A stretch of DNA of 62,848 nt, filler included, from Choristocarpus tenellus KU-1152 (lineage: Eukaryota > Protista > Phaeophyceae), in the NCBI GenBank assembly GCA_964200185.2. It is 12 parts of 12 records of this genome, joined end to end, with 100 filler letters (N's around TTAATTAATTAA, not from the genome) between each part and the next. Parts side by side here need not be neighbours in the genome. Positions count along the whole stretch, not along the records: positions 59,994 to 62,848 come from CAXNAD020024173.1; 11 more parts are not named here. One strand, written 5' to 3'. Within the stretch, counting starts at the first letter, position 1. Every line of letters begins with the position of its first letter. The notes beneath the pieces were generated by a model. It worked only from the letters and a program-made list of their open reading frames with translations. It was not told the DNA's origin and did not search any database. Below are positions 62,825-62,848 of the stretch, one piece after another. Made by a program: the position numbers and the translations under genes.

Positions 62825-62848
62825 GACCCAAAGTATCTGGGAGGGGGG
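62825..62848. mobile_element. MITE family 1 terminus; other partial termini at 11663-11682, 34059-34099, 36616-36641 and 45884-45923
   Basis: GACCCAAAGTATCTGGGAGGGGGG. Each of the other partial copies abuts a contig edge. Confidence 0.85.

Overview
Eukaryotic, intron-rich nuclear DNA. The gene set, the GT-AG splicing and a signal peptide followed by Phe (bipartite plastid leader) point to a photosynthetic stramenopile, most like a brown alga (inference). The window is not one locus: it is 12 contigs joined by 11 artificial 100-bp linkers (44 N + TTAATTAATTAA + 44 N), so adjacency across linkers means nothing. Genes reconstructed by hand from splice sites, complete or near complete: a small plastid-targeted YVPDGL-motif protein (+), a coiled-coil protein with a Kizuna-like N-terminus (-), a RING-HC protein (+), tafazzin (-) and an intronless P-class PPR protein (-). 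Partial genes: a conserved coiled-coil protein (-), the SPRYD7 last exon (+), a putative CudA/STAT-like DNA-binding protein (-), ARMT1/DUF89 phosphatase (+), nucleoredoxin (-) and the N-terminus of cytosolic glutamyl-tRNA synthetase (-). Six of these genes form three head-to-head pairs. Mobile DNA: an abundant ~180-bp palindromic MITE-like family (~12 copies, often at contig breaks), a related ~260-290-bp family (3 copies), three 3' fragments of an RLE-type (CRE-like) non-LTR retrotransposon (two alternating with an unexplained ~110-bp repeat unit) and a possible decayed KDZ transposase. No rRNA, tRNA or CRISPR array was recognised. I cannot point to a clearly new biological system. The best leads are the paired MITE families, the retroelement/repeat-unit alternation and several uncharacterised protein families.
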